Made by a program: the position numbers and the translations under genes. A DNA stretch of 64,000 nt from Streptosporangiaceae bacterium. Its GTDB lineage: Bacteria; Actinomycetota; Actinomycetes; Streptosporangiales; Streptosporangiaceae. The notes beneath the pieces were generated by a model, which made no database searches, was not told where the DNA came from, and saw nothing but the letters and a program-made list of their open reading frames with translations. This document shows positions 18,038-24,878 of this stretch, in pieces. Position 1 is the first letter of the stretch, and each line of letters starts with the position of its first letter. Location of the stretch: assembly GCA_035642125.1 (NCBI GenBank), contig DASQSZ010000034.1, positions 2,977-66,976 on the forward strand, given 5' to 3'.

Positions 18038-18060
18038 CGACAGCGGCCCGGTGCCGCGTG

Positions 18061-18237
18061 TTACATCATCATGATGGCGAGGCCGGCCACGACGGCCACG
18101 ACCACGACGGCGACCACCACACCGATCATGAGTCCGGCGTTGCCGCCGCTCTTGGTCGCCGGCTCGCGCGTGCCGTGCTGCACGAAGGCGCGGAACTGCT
18201 GAGTGTTCCCAGCTGGATCAATCTCGTTGTCGGGCAT
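18061..18237 (-). CDS. small membrane protein (58 aa)
   Basis: MPDNEIDPAGNTQQFRAFVQHGTREPATKSGGNAGLMIGVVVAVVVVAVVAGLAIMMM; this is the C-terminal part of an otherwise spurious 519-aa ORF-track entry. Confidence 0.4.
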   Translation of the reverse strand: MPDNEIDPAGNTQQFRAFVQHGTREPATKSGGNAGLMIGVVVAVVVVAVVAGLAIMMM

Positions 18238-18302
18238 GCCGAGCACTGTAACGGATCGATCTCGAGCCATTGTCACATTTGGCGACAGAAGACCCAATGG
18301 CC

Positions 18303-18941
18303 TCAGTTGTGGCTGTGCCGCGCCGGCGTGAGCGCCGCGACGACGCCGAGCCCGATGAACGTGCCGCCGACCACGTACCGCTCGCCGCGCAGGAACCGAG
18401 TGCTGCGGCGTAGCCATGGCCCCACCGTGCCGGCGAGCACCGCGTACGTGGTGTCGGTGCACAGCCCGATGAGGACGAAGCTCAGACCGAAGATCGCGGT
18501 CTGGATCGGGACCGGGCCTCGCGCGGGATCCACGAACTGCGGCAAGAAGGCGAGGAAGAACAGTGCGAGCTTCGGGTTGAGTGCGTTGACCAGGGCGCCA
18601 TCGCGGAAGAGCCGCGCCTTCGAGGTGTCCGGAGCCGCCACGAACGCCGCCTCCTCGCGGCTGAGCAGCTTGCATACGCCCAGATAGATCAGGTAGGCGG
18701 CCCCCGCGTACTTCACCACCGTGAACGCCAGTGATGACGACACGATCAGCCAGGACAGGCCCGCGACCGCGCCGATCACCTGGACGAGGCTGCCCGTATG
18801 CACCCCCAGCACCGCGGTGACCCCCGCCCGCCGGCCGTGCCGAACGCCCTGCGACACGACATAGAGCACCGCGGGCCCTGGAATGATCAACACGATCAGG
18901 GCGGTCGCGACGTACAGGGCAAGTGTGGAGATCGTCGGCAT
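18303..18941 (-). CDS. LysE/RhtB family amino-acid exporter
   Basis: 212 aa; N-terminus IIPGPAVLYVVSQGVRHGRRAG and 5-6 TM helices. Confidence 0.9.
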   Translation of the reverse strand: MPTISTLALYVATALIVLIIPGPAVLYVVSQGVRHGRRAGVTAVLGVHTGSLVQVIGAVAGLSWLIVSSSLAFTVVKYAGAAYLIYLGVCKLLSREEAAFVAAPDTSKARLFRDGALVNALNPKLALFFLAFLPQFVDPARGPVPIQTAIFGLSFVLIGLCTDTTYAVLAGTVGPWLRRSTRFLRGERYVVGGTFIGLGVVAALTPARHSHN

Positions 18942-19062
18942 CGCCCCACGCTAACCACGAGCCGGCGGCCTCCGCCACGCAATTACCGCCCGGCCACATT
19001 GCGCTCCCCGCAACATGAACGCCCTCGTCATTGCCCGCCCCACCGCCGGGCAGGATGTCCAT

Positions 19063-19554
19063 ATGAAGGTCGTCGCGATCTCGGACACGCACGCGCCCCG
19101 GCGGTGGCGCTCCTGCCCGCCGGCCGTGGCCGAGCACCTGCGCGACGCGGACCTGATCTTGCACGCCGGCGACGTTTGCGTGGCGGACGTGCTCGACGAA
19201 CTCGCCGGCTACGCCCCCGTACGAGCCGTACTCGGCAACAACGACGGCCCGGACGTGGCCGCCTGGGGCGCGCCGGAACGGCTCGAACTCGACATCGACG
19301 GCCTGCCGACGGCCATGGTCCACGACAGCGGCCCGGCCACGGGCCGGATCGCCAGGATGCGCCGCTGGTTCCCGGCCGCCGCCCTGGTGGTCTACGGGCA
19401 TTCGCACATCCCGATGAACGAGACCGGTGACGGCGTCCGCATCTTCAACCCCGGCTCGCCCACCGACCGGCGCCGCCAGCCGCACGGCACCATCGGCCTG
19501 CTCACCATCGAAGCCGGCCGGCTGCTGCGCGCCACCATCCTCCCCGTCACTTGA
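19063..19554 (+). CDS. metallophosphoesterase, YfcE/MJ0936 family
   Basis: MKVVAISDTH, HAGDV, GNNDG, GHSH and FNPGSP motifs; ATG 19063 chosen. Confidence 0.85.
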   Translation: MKVVAISDTHAPRRWRSCPPAVAEHLRDADLILHAGDVCVADVLDELAGYAPVRAVLGNNDGPDVAAWGAPERLELDIDGLPTAMVHDSGPATGRIARMRRWFPAAALVVYGHSHIPMNETGDGVRIFNPGSPTDRRRQPHGTIGLLTIEAGRLLRATILPVT

Positions 19555-19667
19555 GCCGCGCTCGGCATACCAGCATGCGGTCCCGCCTGGTACGCCGGCT
19601 GGCCTGACCAGAGCGGGCAACGCATGCGACCGCCCCGCTCTGCGCTCCCGATATAGCGTCGCTTCCT

Positions 19668-20315
19668 GTGCAACTAGGTGTGGTGGTCACGCTGTCGGTA
19701 ACCGTGGCCCTGGCGATCGCGGGTTACGGAGCGACGTACGTGACGAATCTGCGTCTCGCGCGTCGCAAGGATCATCTGGATCGCGTCAATCGGCAGCTCA
19801 GTGAGCTCTACGGTCCGTTGTACGCCCAATCAGAGGCGGTTGATCGAGCATGGCGGAAGTACGTCGCCCGGTATGGGGTCGTATGGGCCTCTCCGGTGCC
19901 CGCAACCGCTGAGCAGGCCGAGACCTGGCGGTTGTGGATGTCGACGGTCTTCATGCCCCTCAACCGGCAGATGGTCGAGACGGTCGTCTCGCACGCCGAC
20001 CTCCTCCGTGAGGACACCATTCCAGAGTGTCTGAAGGAGCTTTGTGCGCACGTGGCCTGCTACGAGCCGGTGCTCGCCCGCTGGCGAGAAGACGGATTCG
20101 CCTCGACCGCATTTGAGGGTCATGTTTCGATCGCGGGGGATTTCCCACGGGCGGCGTTGGAGGCCTACGTGCAGAGCTCGTTCGAGTCGCTGAAGCGCGA
20201 GCAGGCGCACCTGATCGCACAGATACAACAGCCGCGCTCCGCACTGGCCAGGAGCGGCGATTCGGGGCGGCCACGGCGCCGCCGCGTCCGGCCGAGGCCA
20301 CCTGAACCGACATGA
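19668..20315 (+). CDS. hypothetical protein with N-terminal TM helix
   Basis: 215-aa ORF with GTG start; no recognisable motif; last chromosomal gene before the att-like site. Confidence 0.45.
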   Translation: MQLGVVVTLSVTVALAIAGYGATYVTNLRLARRKDHLDRVNRQLSELYGPLYAQSEAVDRAWRKYVARYGVVWASPVPATAEQAETWRLWMSTVFMPLNRQMVETVVSHADLLREDTIPECLKELCAHVACYEPVLARWREDGFASTAFEGHVSIAGDFPRAALEAYVQSSFESLKREQAHLIAQIQQPRSALARSGDSGRPRRRRVRPRPPEPT

Positions 20316-20423
20316 CCAGCAGCCCATGGCGGCATTCCTTGGCATCCGGCTGTCTAGCGGCCGTCAAGGCGGGTCGCACCGGGGGTCGTTTCGCCTGGCC
20401 ATAGGGCGAAATGTCGGGGTGAG

Positions 20424-20480
20424 CGGAGGGTGTGGGATTCGAACCCACGAGACCGGTCACCCGGCCTAGCGGTTTTCAAG
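20424..20480 (-). pseudogene. 3' fragment of a tRNA-Ser(UGA)-like gene; putative prophage attL core
   Basis: Minus strand reads CTTGAAA-ACCGC-(variable arm GGCCGGGTGACCGGTC)-GTGGG-TTCGAAT-CCCAC-ACCCTCC-G. This runs from anticodon loop to discriminator. No D-arm or 5' anticodon-stem strand can be folded upstream. Confidence 0.55.
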
Positions 20481-20664
20481 ACAGACTAACCACAGAACCC
20501 GGCATCCCCCCGCATCCTCCGCAATCACATTGCGGCAGGCAGGCCGCGTCCCGCCCTCCCCCGAGAGGCCCGGCCATCTCCCCGTATCCCCCGCCGTCTG
20601 CGTCCATTGTGCGACCATTGGACGCAGGCCGGGACCCTGTCCGCCCGGATATTCTGGCGACGCC

Positions 20665-20976
20665 ATGCTGCTCGACGGATCCCCCAGCCAATCCGGCCCC
20701 GGCCTCACCGCCGTCTTCGACAACCTCACCGACGAACAGGCCGCCGGCCGCGCCTGCGTCGTCGGCCTCTGCCGCCGCTGCTTCACACCCGACCAGCCGG
20801 CCGCCTCCGTAGTGGTCGGCATCGCCAAGGCGACCGGCATGGAGGTGCGGGCATGCCGGTCCGGATGCGCCCAGCTGGTCGGGTGGGTGCCGCCGTCAAT
20901 GTGGATTCAACCGGCCGTCAGACACCCGGATGGGGATATCCTGTCTCCCAGTGGATCAGGTACACCACAACGTTGA
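20665..20976 (+). CDS. hypothetical Cys-containing protein
   Basis: ATG 20665 inside ORF 20530..20976; no recognisable motif. Confidence 0.35.
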   Translation: MLLDGSPSQSGPGLTAVFDNLTDEQAAGRACVVGLCRRCFTPDQPAASVVVGIAKATGMEVRACRSGCAQLVGWVPPSMWIQPAVRHPDGDILSPSGSGTPQR

Positions 20977-21028
20977 GCCCCCGACCCGGCAAGGGATCGG
21001 GGGCTCAGTGCTTTCGAGGTGGTGAGGT

Positions 21029-21250
21029 CTACAGATCGAAGTCGCCGGCCTTGACCCTGCGGATCAGATCTCCCGCCTCGCGGCGTGAAAATGTCAGCTT
21101 CGGCCCGTTGAGGTTCTTAGAGTCGCGGATCCCGGCGGTGTCGTCGCCGAAGTTGGCGACCTCGACGCACTGATCGCTCTCGCCGGAGTAGCTACTCGTG
21201 CGCCAGGCAGGGCGCGCTGGATCATGATGCGGCATCAGGTACGTTTCCAT
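21029..21250 (-). CDS. DUF397 domain protein (BldB-like)
   Basis: WRTSSYSGESDQCVEVA...IRDSKNLNGPKLTFSRREAGDLIRRVKAGDFD is the classic DUF397 signature. Confidence 0.85.
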   Translation of the reverse strand: METYLMPHHDPARPAWRTSSYSGESDQCVEVANFGDDTAGIRDSKNLNGPKLTFSRREAGDLIRRVKAGDFDL

Positions 21251-21266
21251 CTCGTTGGGGGACTGG

Positions 21267-22142
21267 TCAGGTCATTGCCCGCTTGTGGCGGTCAATCATC
21301 GCGATGCTATCCGCCGGGCTTGCCGCGACTGCGATCAGTCGCTGGTATGCCACCTGGAAGCGCTCGACGTCTGTTTCCTCTTCAAGCAGGAGCTGGCCGG
21401 CGATGTTCTCGGAGTAGGCCGCATCGGGATCTTTAGGCTCCGGAAACTGCAAGATCGTGAATGGTCCGCTCAACCCTGGGTGAGCGCCGATGTCGAACGG
21501 CGCGACCTGGATCGTCACGCGCGGCAGCTCGGCGAGCTCGAGAAGTTGCTCGAGCTGGTCTCGCATGACTGCGTCGCCACCAACGTTGCGGTGGAGGACG
21601 GCCTCGTCCAGGACCGCGACGAGACGCAGCGGATCCTGCTCGCGAGTGAGTAGTTCTTGCCGCGCGGCGCGGATCAAAACCCGAGCGTCGATCTCATCGG
21701 TGCTCAGCTCGGCGGGGCCATCTCTCATGATGGCTCGGGCGTAGTCGGCGGTCTGAATCAATCCTGGGAGCATGCCGGACTGGAACGTCAGCAGGCTCGC
21801 AGCGCCGGCTTCGAGGCCCAGGTATGTCGAGTATCGCTCGCTCAGCATCTTGCGATAGGGGTGCCACCAGTCACGTTCTCGGCCCTGCCTAGCCAACATC
21901 AGCAAGTATTCGCGGCGGTCATCATCTTCGACGCTGTAGAGATCGAGCAGATCCGTTATGTCTCGTGGGCGAGGTCGTTGCCAGTGACCGCGCTCCATCC
22001 GCGCGAGCTTGCCCGGAGTCCAGTCCAGCCGGCGGTCGACGTCAACCGCCGTAAGACCGGCCGCTTCGCGGAGCATCCGGAGTTCGGCCGATAGCTGGCG
22101 GCGACGGAGCGTAGGGCTCCGCCGTGGTTCGGTTTCTGGCAT
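21267..22142 (-). CDS. XRE-family HTH regulator with DUF5753-like C-terminal domain (WhiJ/Scr1-like)
   Basis: LRRRQLSAELRMLREAAGLTAVDVDRRLDWTPGKLARMERG HTH; start ATG 22142 after GGAGGA (GTG 22196 also possible); DUF397 gene lies immediately downstream. Confidence 0.85.
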   Translation of the reverse strand: MPETEPRRSPTLRRRQLSAELRMLREAAGLTAVDVDRRLDWTPGKLARMERGHWQRPRPRDITDLLDLYSVEDDDRREYLLMLARQGRERDWWHPYRKMLSERYSTYLGLEAGAASLLTFQSGMLPGLIQTADYARAIMRDGPAELSTDEIDARVLIRAARQELLTREQDPLRLVAVLDEAVLHRNVGGDAVMRDQLEQLLELAELPRVTIQVAPFDIGAHPGLSGPFTILQFPEPKDPDAAYSENIAGQLLLEEETDVERFQVAYQRLIAVAASPADSIAMIDRHKRAMT

Positions 22143-22254
22143 GGAGTCATCCTCCACGGTCACGGTGGGTTGGGTGATCGTAGCGGATTCGGACACTGGC
22201 GGACCTTTCCGGCCTAAGTAAATTCGCCTATGGCTATTTCACCATGGCTGCGGC

Positions 22255-22635
22255 ATGCTACGGGAGTACCCCAGTCCACTGGCATGTGGCCGGTCCATCT
22301 CTCCGGCTATGACAGGGAGTGATCCCGAGATGACGCAAGATGCAGACCGCCGGGAACGGTCCAGCAGCCCACCACCGACACCAGTCGACGATCAGACCCG
22401 CCGGTTCAACGAGTACCTCGTTGAGGTCATCGAGGAGCTCACCGGTTACCACGTCCGGATGTCCCACCTCGGTTTTTGGTGCGCCGACCGCGTCAGCCCG
22501 ATCACTGAGCTGGAGGAGCAAGAAGGCGTCAAACGGACGCTTCAGTCCGTCGAACCCAAAGATCTTGTCGAGCAGATCCATGCGCAGGCGCGGATCACCC
22601 AGCGGATCGCGATGCGAGACGCCGCCCGAATCTGA
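22255..22635 (+). CDS. hypothetical protein divergent from the XRE gene
   Basis: 126-aa ORF; alternative starts at 22309 and 22330; no recognisable motif. Confidence 0.4.
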   Translation: MLREYPSPLACGRSISPAMTGSDPEMTQDADRRERSSSPPPTPVDDQTRRFNEYLVEVIEELTGYHVRMSHLGFWCADRVSPITELEEQEGVKRTLQSVEPKDLVEQIHAQARITQRIAMRDAARI

Positions 22636-22637
22636 TC

Positions 22638-22880
22638 GTCCCTCTCACTCCCTGGGGAGCGCCCGCCGCGCGCTGGCTGGGAAACCGTGACGCGCGGCGG
22701 GTCTCCGGGGGGAGTGAGAGGACGCGGGACACACGCCCCCAGTGCCGCCCGCCCCCGTGCGGCCTGGCAGGTGTCCCGTTACCGGGGGCTGCGCGGCCCA
22801 CGTCCGGTGACCGCTCGGGCCGCGCAGCCCCCACCCCGAGACGCCGCGTGGCCCGGAAACGCCAGCCCCGGCACGCGGCG
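22638..22880. repeat. cluster of three long GC-rich inverted repeats (stem-loops) in a 350-bp non-coding gap
   Basis: IR1 22638-22723 (imperfect, ~30-nt arms); IR2 GGGGGCTGCGCGGCCC 22784-22799 / 22817-22832 (perfect 16 bp); IR3 CGCCGCGTG 22842-22850 / 22872-22880. Confidence 0.6.
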
Positions 22881-22999
22881 GACACACCCCCGGGTCCAAC
22901 CCCGCCGCCCCGGGCCGCACGGCCAGAACCCGACAAGAAGGGACCACCGATGACCTCAAGACCGGGCGCGCTGGCGCCACCACCGGACAAGAAAGGCAA

Positions 23000-23218
23000 A
23001 TGACCATGGGCTTCCTCAAGGACATCAAGAGCGGCCTCACCGAAGGCAACCTCACCCGCGGCGAGGTCCAGCGAGCCGCTACCAACGAGGAACGCGAGGT
23101 CCGCGCGTGCGAGGACCGCATTCGCCGCCACGGCGCCACCGAGGCCATCAACGCCAACCTCGAGCGGCACCGGGCCAGCCTGGAGAACCTCAACGGGGCT
23201 CTGCGCGACACCAAGTAA
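23000..23218 (+). CDS. small helical hypothetical protein (72 aa)
   Basis: ORF-track entry; AAGAAAGG upstream; followed by stem-loop 23228-23267. Confidence 0.45.
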   Translation: MTMGFLKDIKSGLTEGNLTRGEVQRAATNEEREVRACEDRIRRHGATEAINANLERHRASLENLNGALRDTK

Positions 23219-23227
23219 CAGACACGC

Positions 23228-23267
23228 GGCCCCGGGCGCGGTGACCTCATCACCCGGCCCAGGGGCC
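23228..23267 (+). terminator. stem-loop, copy 1 of a duplicated element (29-nt core 23226-23254)
   Basis: GGCCCCGGGC-GC-GGTGA-CCTCA-TCACC-C-GCCCAGGGGCC, 8 nt after a stop codon. Confidence 0.5.
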
Positions 23268-23307
23268 CCGGACCGGACCAACCACCGAGAAGGAAAAGGA
23301 AACGGCA

Positions 23308-23457
23308 ATGTCCGACGACAAGAAGCAGGCGCTCAAGGCCGCCCGCGAGAACCTCGAGCACGTCGCCGCCCAAAGCACGGACGAGACCCCCGCCTACCAA
23401 AAGGCCAACAACGCCGTAATCAAGGCGGAGCAGGCCCTGCCCTGGTGGAAGCGCTGA
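23308..23457 (+). CDS. micro-ORF (49 aa), helical
   Basis: MSDDKKQALKAARENLEHVAAQSTDETPAYQKANNAVIKAEQALPWWKR; RBS GAGAAGGAAAAGGA; very high GC3; preferred over the out-of-frame 83-aa ORF 23241..23492. Confidence 0.45.
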   Translation: MSDDKKQALKAARENLEHVAAQSTDETPAYQKANNAVIKAEQALPWWKR

Positions 23458-23498
23458 CCGCACCTGATCAGCACCCCTACAGGAAGGACTGACCCGTC

Positions 23499-23606
23499 AT
23501 GGCACAGATCAACAACATCACGATCACAGGGCAGGACACCGACACACGAATCGGCGAAGTCACCAACGGTGACCTCGTCCTGACCACGGACAAGGGCGGG
23601 AAGTAG
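23499..23606 (+). CDS. micro-ORF (35 aa)
   Basis: MAQINNITITGQDTDTRIGEVTNGDLVLTTDKGGK; RBS AGGAAGGA; high GC3. Confidence 0.35.
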   Translation: MAQINNITITGQDTDTRIGEVTNGDLVLTTDKGGK

Positions 23607-23609
23607 CCC

Positions 23610-23744
23610 ATGGCGGTCTACGTCAATGGCGTCAAGGTCTCCGACGGCGACCAATACGCGGCCGGCAACCAGGTAGGCGGGCGTGTCATCCGGAACGGCG
23701 AAGAGGTCCGGCAAGACGCCGATCCCGGCCCGGCGCCGCAGTAG
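23610..23744 (+). CDS. micro-ORF (44 aa)
   Basis: MAVYVNGVKVSDGDQYAAGNQVGGRVIRNGEEVRQDADPGPAPQ; starts 3 nt after the previous stop; high GC3. Confidence 0.35.
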   Translation: MAVYVNGVKVSDGDQYAAGNQVGGRVIRNGEEVRQDADPGPAPQ

Positions 23745-23767
23745 CAATCAGCACCCCGAACTCAAGC

Positions 23768-23805
23768 GGCCCCGGGCGCGGTGACCTCATCACCAGCCCG
23801 GGGCC
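23768..23805 (+). terminator. stem-loop, copy 2 of the duplicated element (29-nt core 23766-23794)
   Basis: GGCCCCGGGC...GCCCGGGGCC perfect 10-bp outer stem; the 29-nt core is identical to 23226-23254. Confidence 0.5.
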
Positions 23806-23835
23806 TTAACCAGACCCCCGGGAGGGTCCGACCTG

Positions 23836-24069
23836 ATGGACGACTCTATGAGCGCCGGATGGCTCACCGCCACCATCTCCCTGCCGACCGTGGCCGTCCT
23901 CGCCCTCATCGCGGGCGGTGCGGTAGCGCTGGCCTCCCTCGGCTGGCAGACGTGGCGGTGCAGCCGCCGGCACGCCGACATCGACGACACCGAGCCCACC
24001 GCGTGGGACGACCAGCCCCCGGCCACCACGGCCACCCCCGACCATGACGCCGCCCGGGCGGCGAGCTGA
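23836..24069 (+). CDS. small membrane protein (77 aa)
   Basis: One TM helix (LTATISLPTVAVLALIAGGAVALASL); first gene of the transfer-like block. Confidence 0.45.
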   Translation: MDDSMSAGWLTATISLPTVAVLALIAGGAVALASLGWQTWRCSRRHADIDDTEPTAWDDQPPATTATPDHDAARAAS

Positions 24070-24089
24070 CAACCCGGGAGACCACCCCC

Positions 24090-24878
24090 ATGACGCAGCA
24101 CGCAACGCGGCCCACATCCGCCCAGATCGCCGGAGCGGCCTGCCTCGGCCTCCTTGTCACCGGCATCATCGTCGTCGCCTTCCGCGGTTCGTGGGGAGCG
24201 CTCCGCGACGCCGCGCTCGCCGCGCATTTCGACCGCAACGCCGCCGGCCTCTACCCGTTCGCCGTGGACGGTCTCCTCGTCGTCGCGATCGTCGCTGCCG
24301 TTTTGCTTCGCCACGACCGTGGAGCACGGCGCTACTGCCTCGGCATCATCGGCGGCTACACCGTCGCGTCCTGGCTAATCAACTTCCTTCACGGGCTGGG
24401 GATGTTCCTGGCCGACCCGGCCACCGGCAAGCGGCCCGTACCACCGTGGCCCGTGGTCGTGGTGATCGCGACACTGGTGATCGCGTCGATTTTTTTGGGG
24501 TCTCACCTGCTGGTTTTCGTGTGGCGACATCTGTACCCCACCACGGGGGCCAGGCCCGAGGCGGCCGAGGTGTCGCAGGGCGCAACGCCCGCGTCGCAAG
24601 ACGCAACGCCGCGTGTTGAGCTGCCACCGACCAACCTCGAGCTGGCTAAGGCCGCCTTCCGGGAGAGCCTGGCCCCCGACCGCCAACGGCTGTCACAAAG
24701 AGCCCTAGTGGAACGGTATGGAATCAAGGCGCGACAGGCCGCGAAGGTCCAAGACGAGGTGAATCGCGAGCTGACCGCCGAGCACGCCGCACCGAGCTCC
24801 ACCGAGGCCACCGACGTCGCGGCGCAGCACACCCCGAACGGACGCGTCGACATCCGTGACGGGGCCGGTGGCCGCTGA
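24090..24878 (+). CDS. DUF2637-like membrane protein with C-terminal HTH
   Basis: 4 TM helices (AGAACLGLLVTGIIVVAF..., LYPFAVDGLLVVAIVAAVLL...) and RLSQRALVERYGIKARQAAKV; family typically precedes TraB-like genes in actinomycete elements. Confidence 0.75.
   Translation: MTQHATRPTSAQIAGAACLGLLVTGIIVVAFRGSWGALRDAALAAHFDRNAAGLYPFAVDGLLVVAIVAAVLLRHDRGARRYCLGIIGGYTVASWLINFLHGLGMFLADPATGKRPVPPWPVVVVIATLVIASIFLGSHLLVFVWRHLYPTTGARPEAAEVSQGATPASQDATPRVELPPTNLELAKAAFRESLAPDRQRLSQRALVERYGIKARQAAKVQDEVNRELTAEHAAPSSTEATDVAAQHTPNGRVDIRDGAGGR

Noticed and set aside
18061-19620. 519-aa minus-strand ORF spanning the LysE and metallophosphoesterase loci
   Set aside because: It overlaps two well-supported genes and the translation is low-complexity. 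Only its last 58 codons (18061-18237) look like a real small membrane protein.
20424-20520. Complete tRNA (Ser or Sec, ~97 nt) at the prophage border
   Set aside because: GGAGGAT at 20514-20520 could pair with the 3' acceptor strand with one mismatch. However, the molecule would be ~97 nt, it lacks U8, and neither a D-arm nor a 5' anticodon-stem strand can be formed. I therefore read it as a 3' fragment (att core).
23241-23492. 83-aa ORF-track entry (MTSSPGPGAPDRTNHREGKG...)
   Set aside because: It starts inside a stem-loop, has no RBS and is low-complexity. The overlapping 49-aa frame (23308-23457) has a strong RBS and high GC3.
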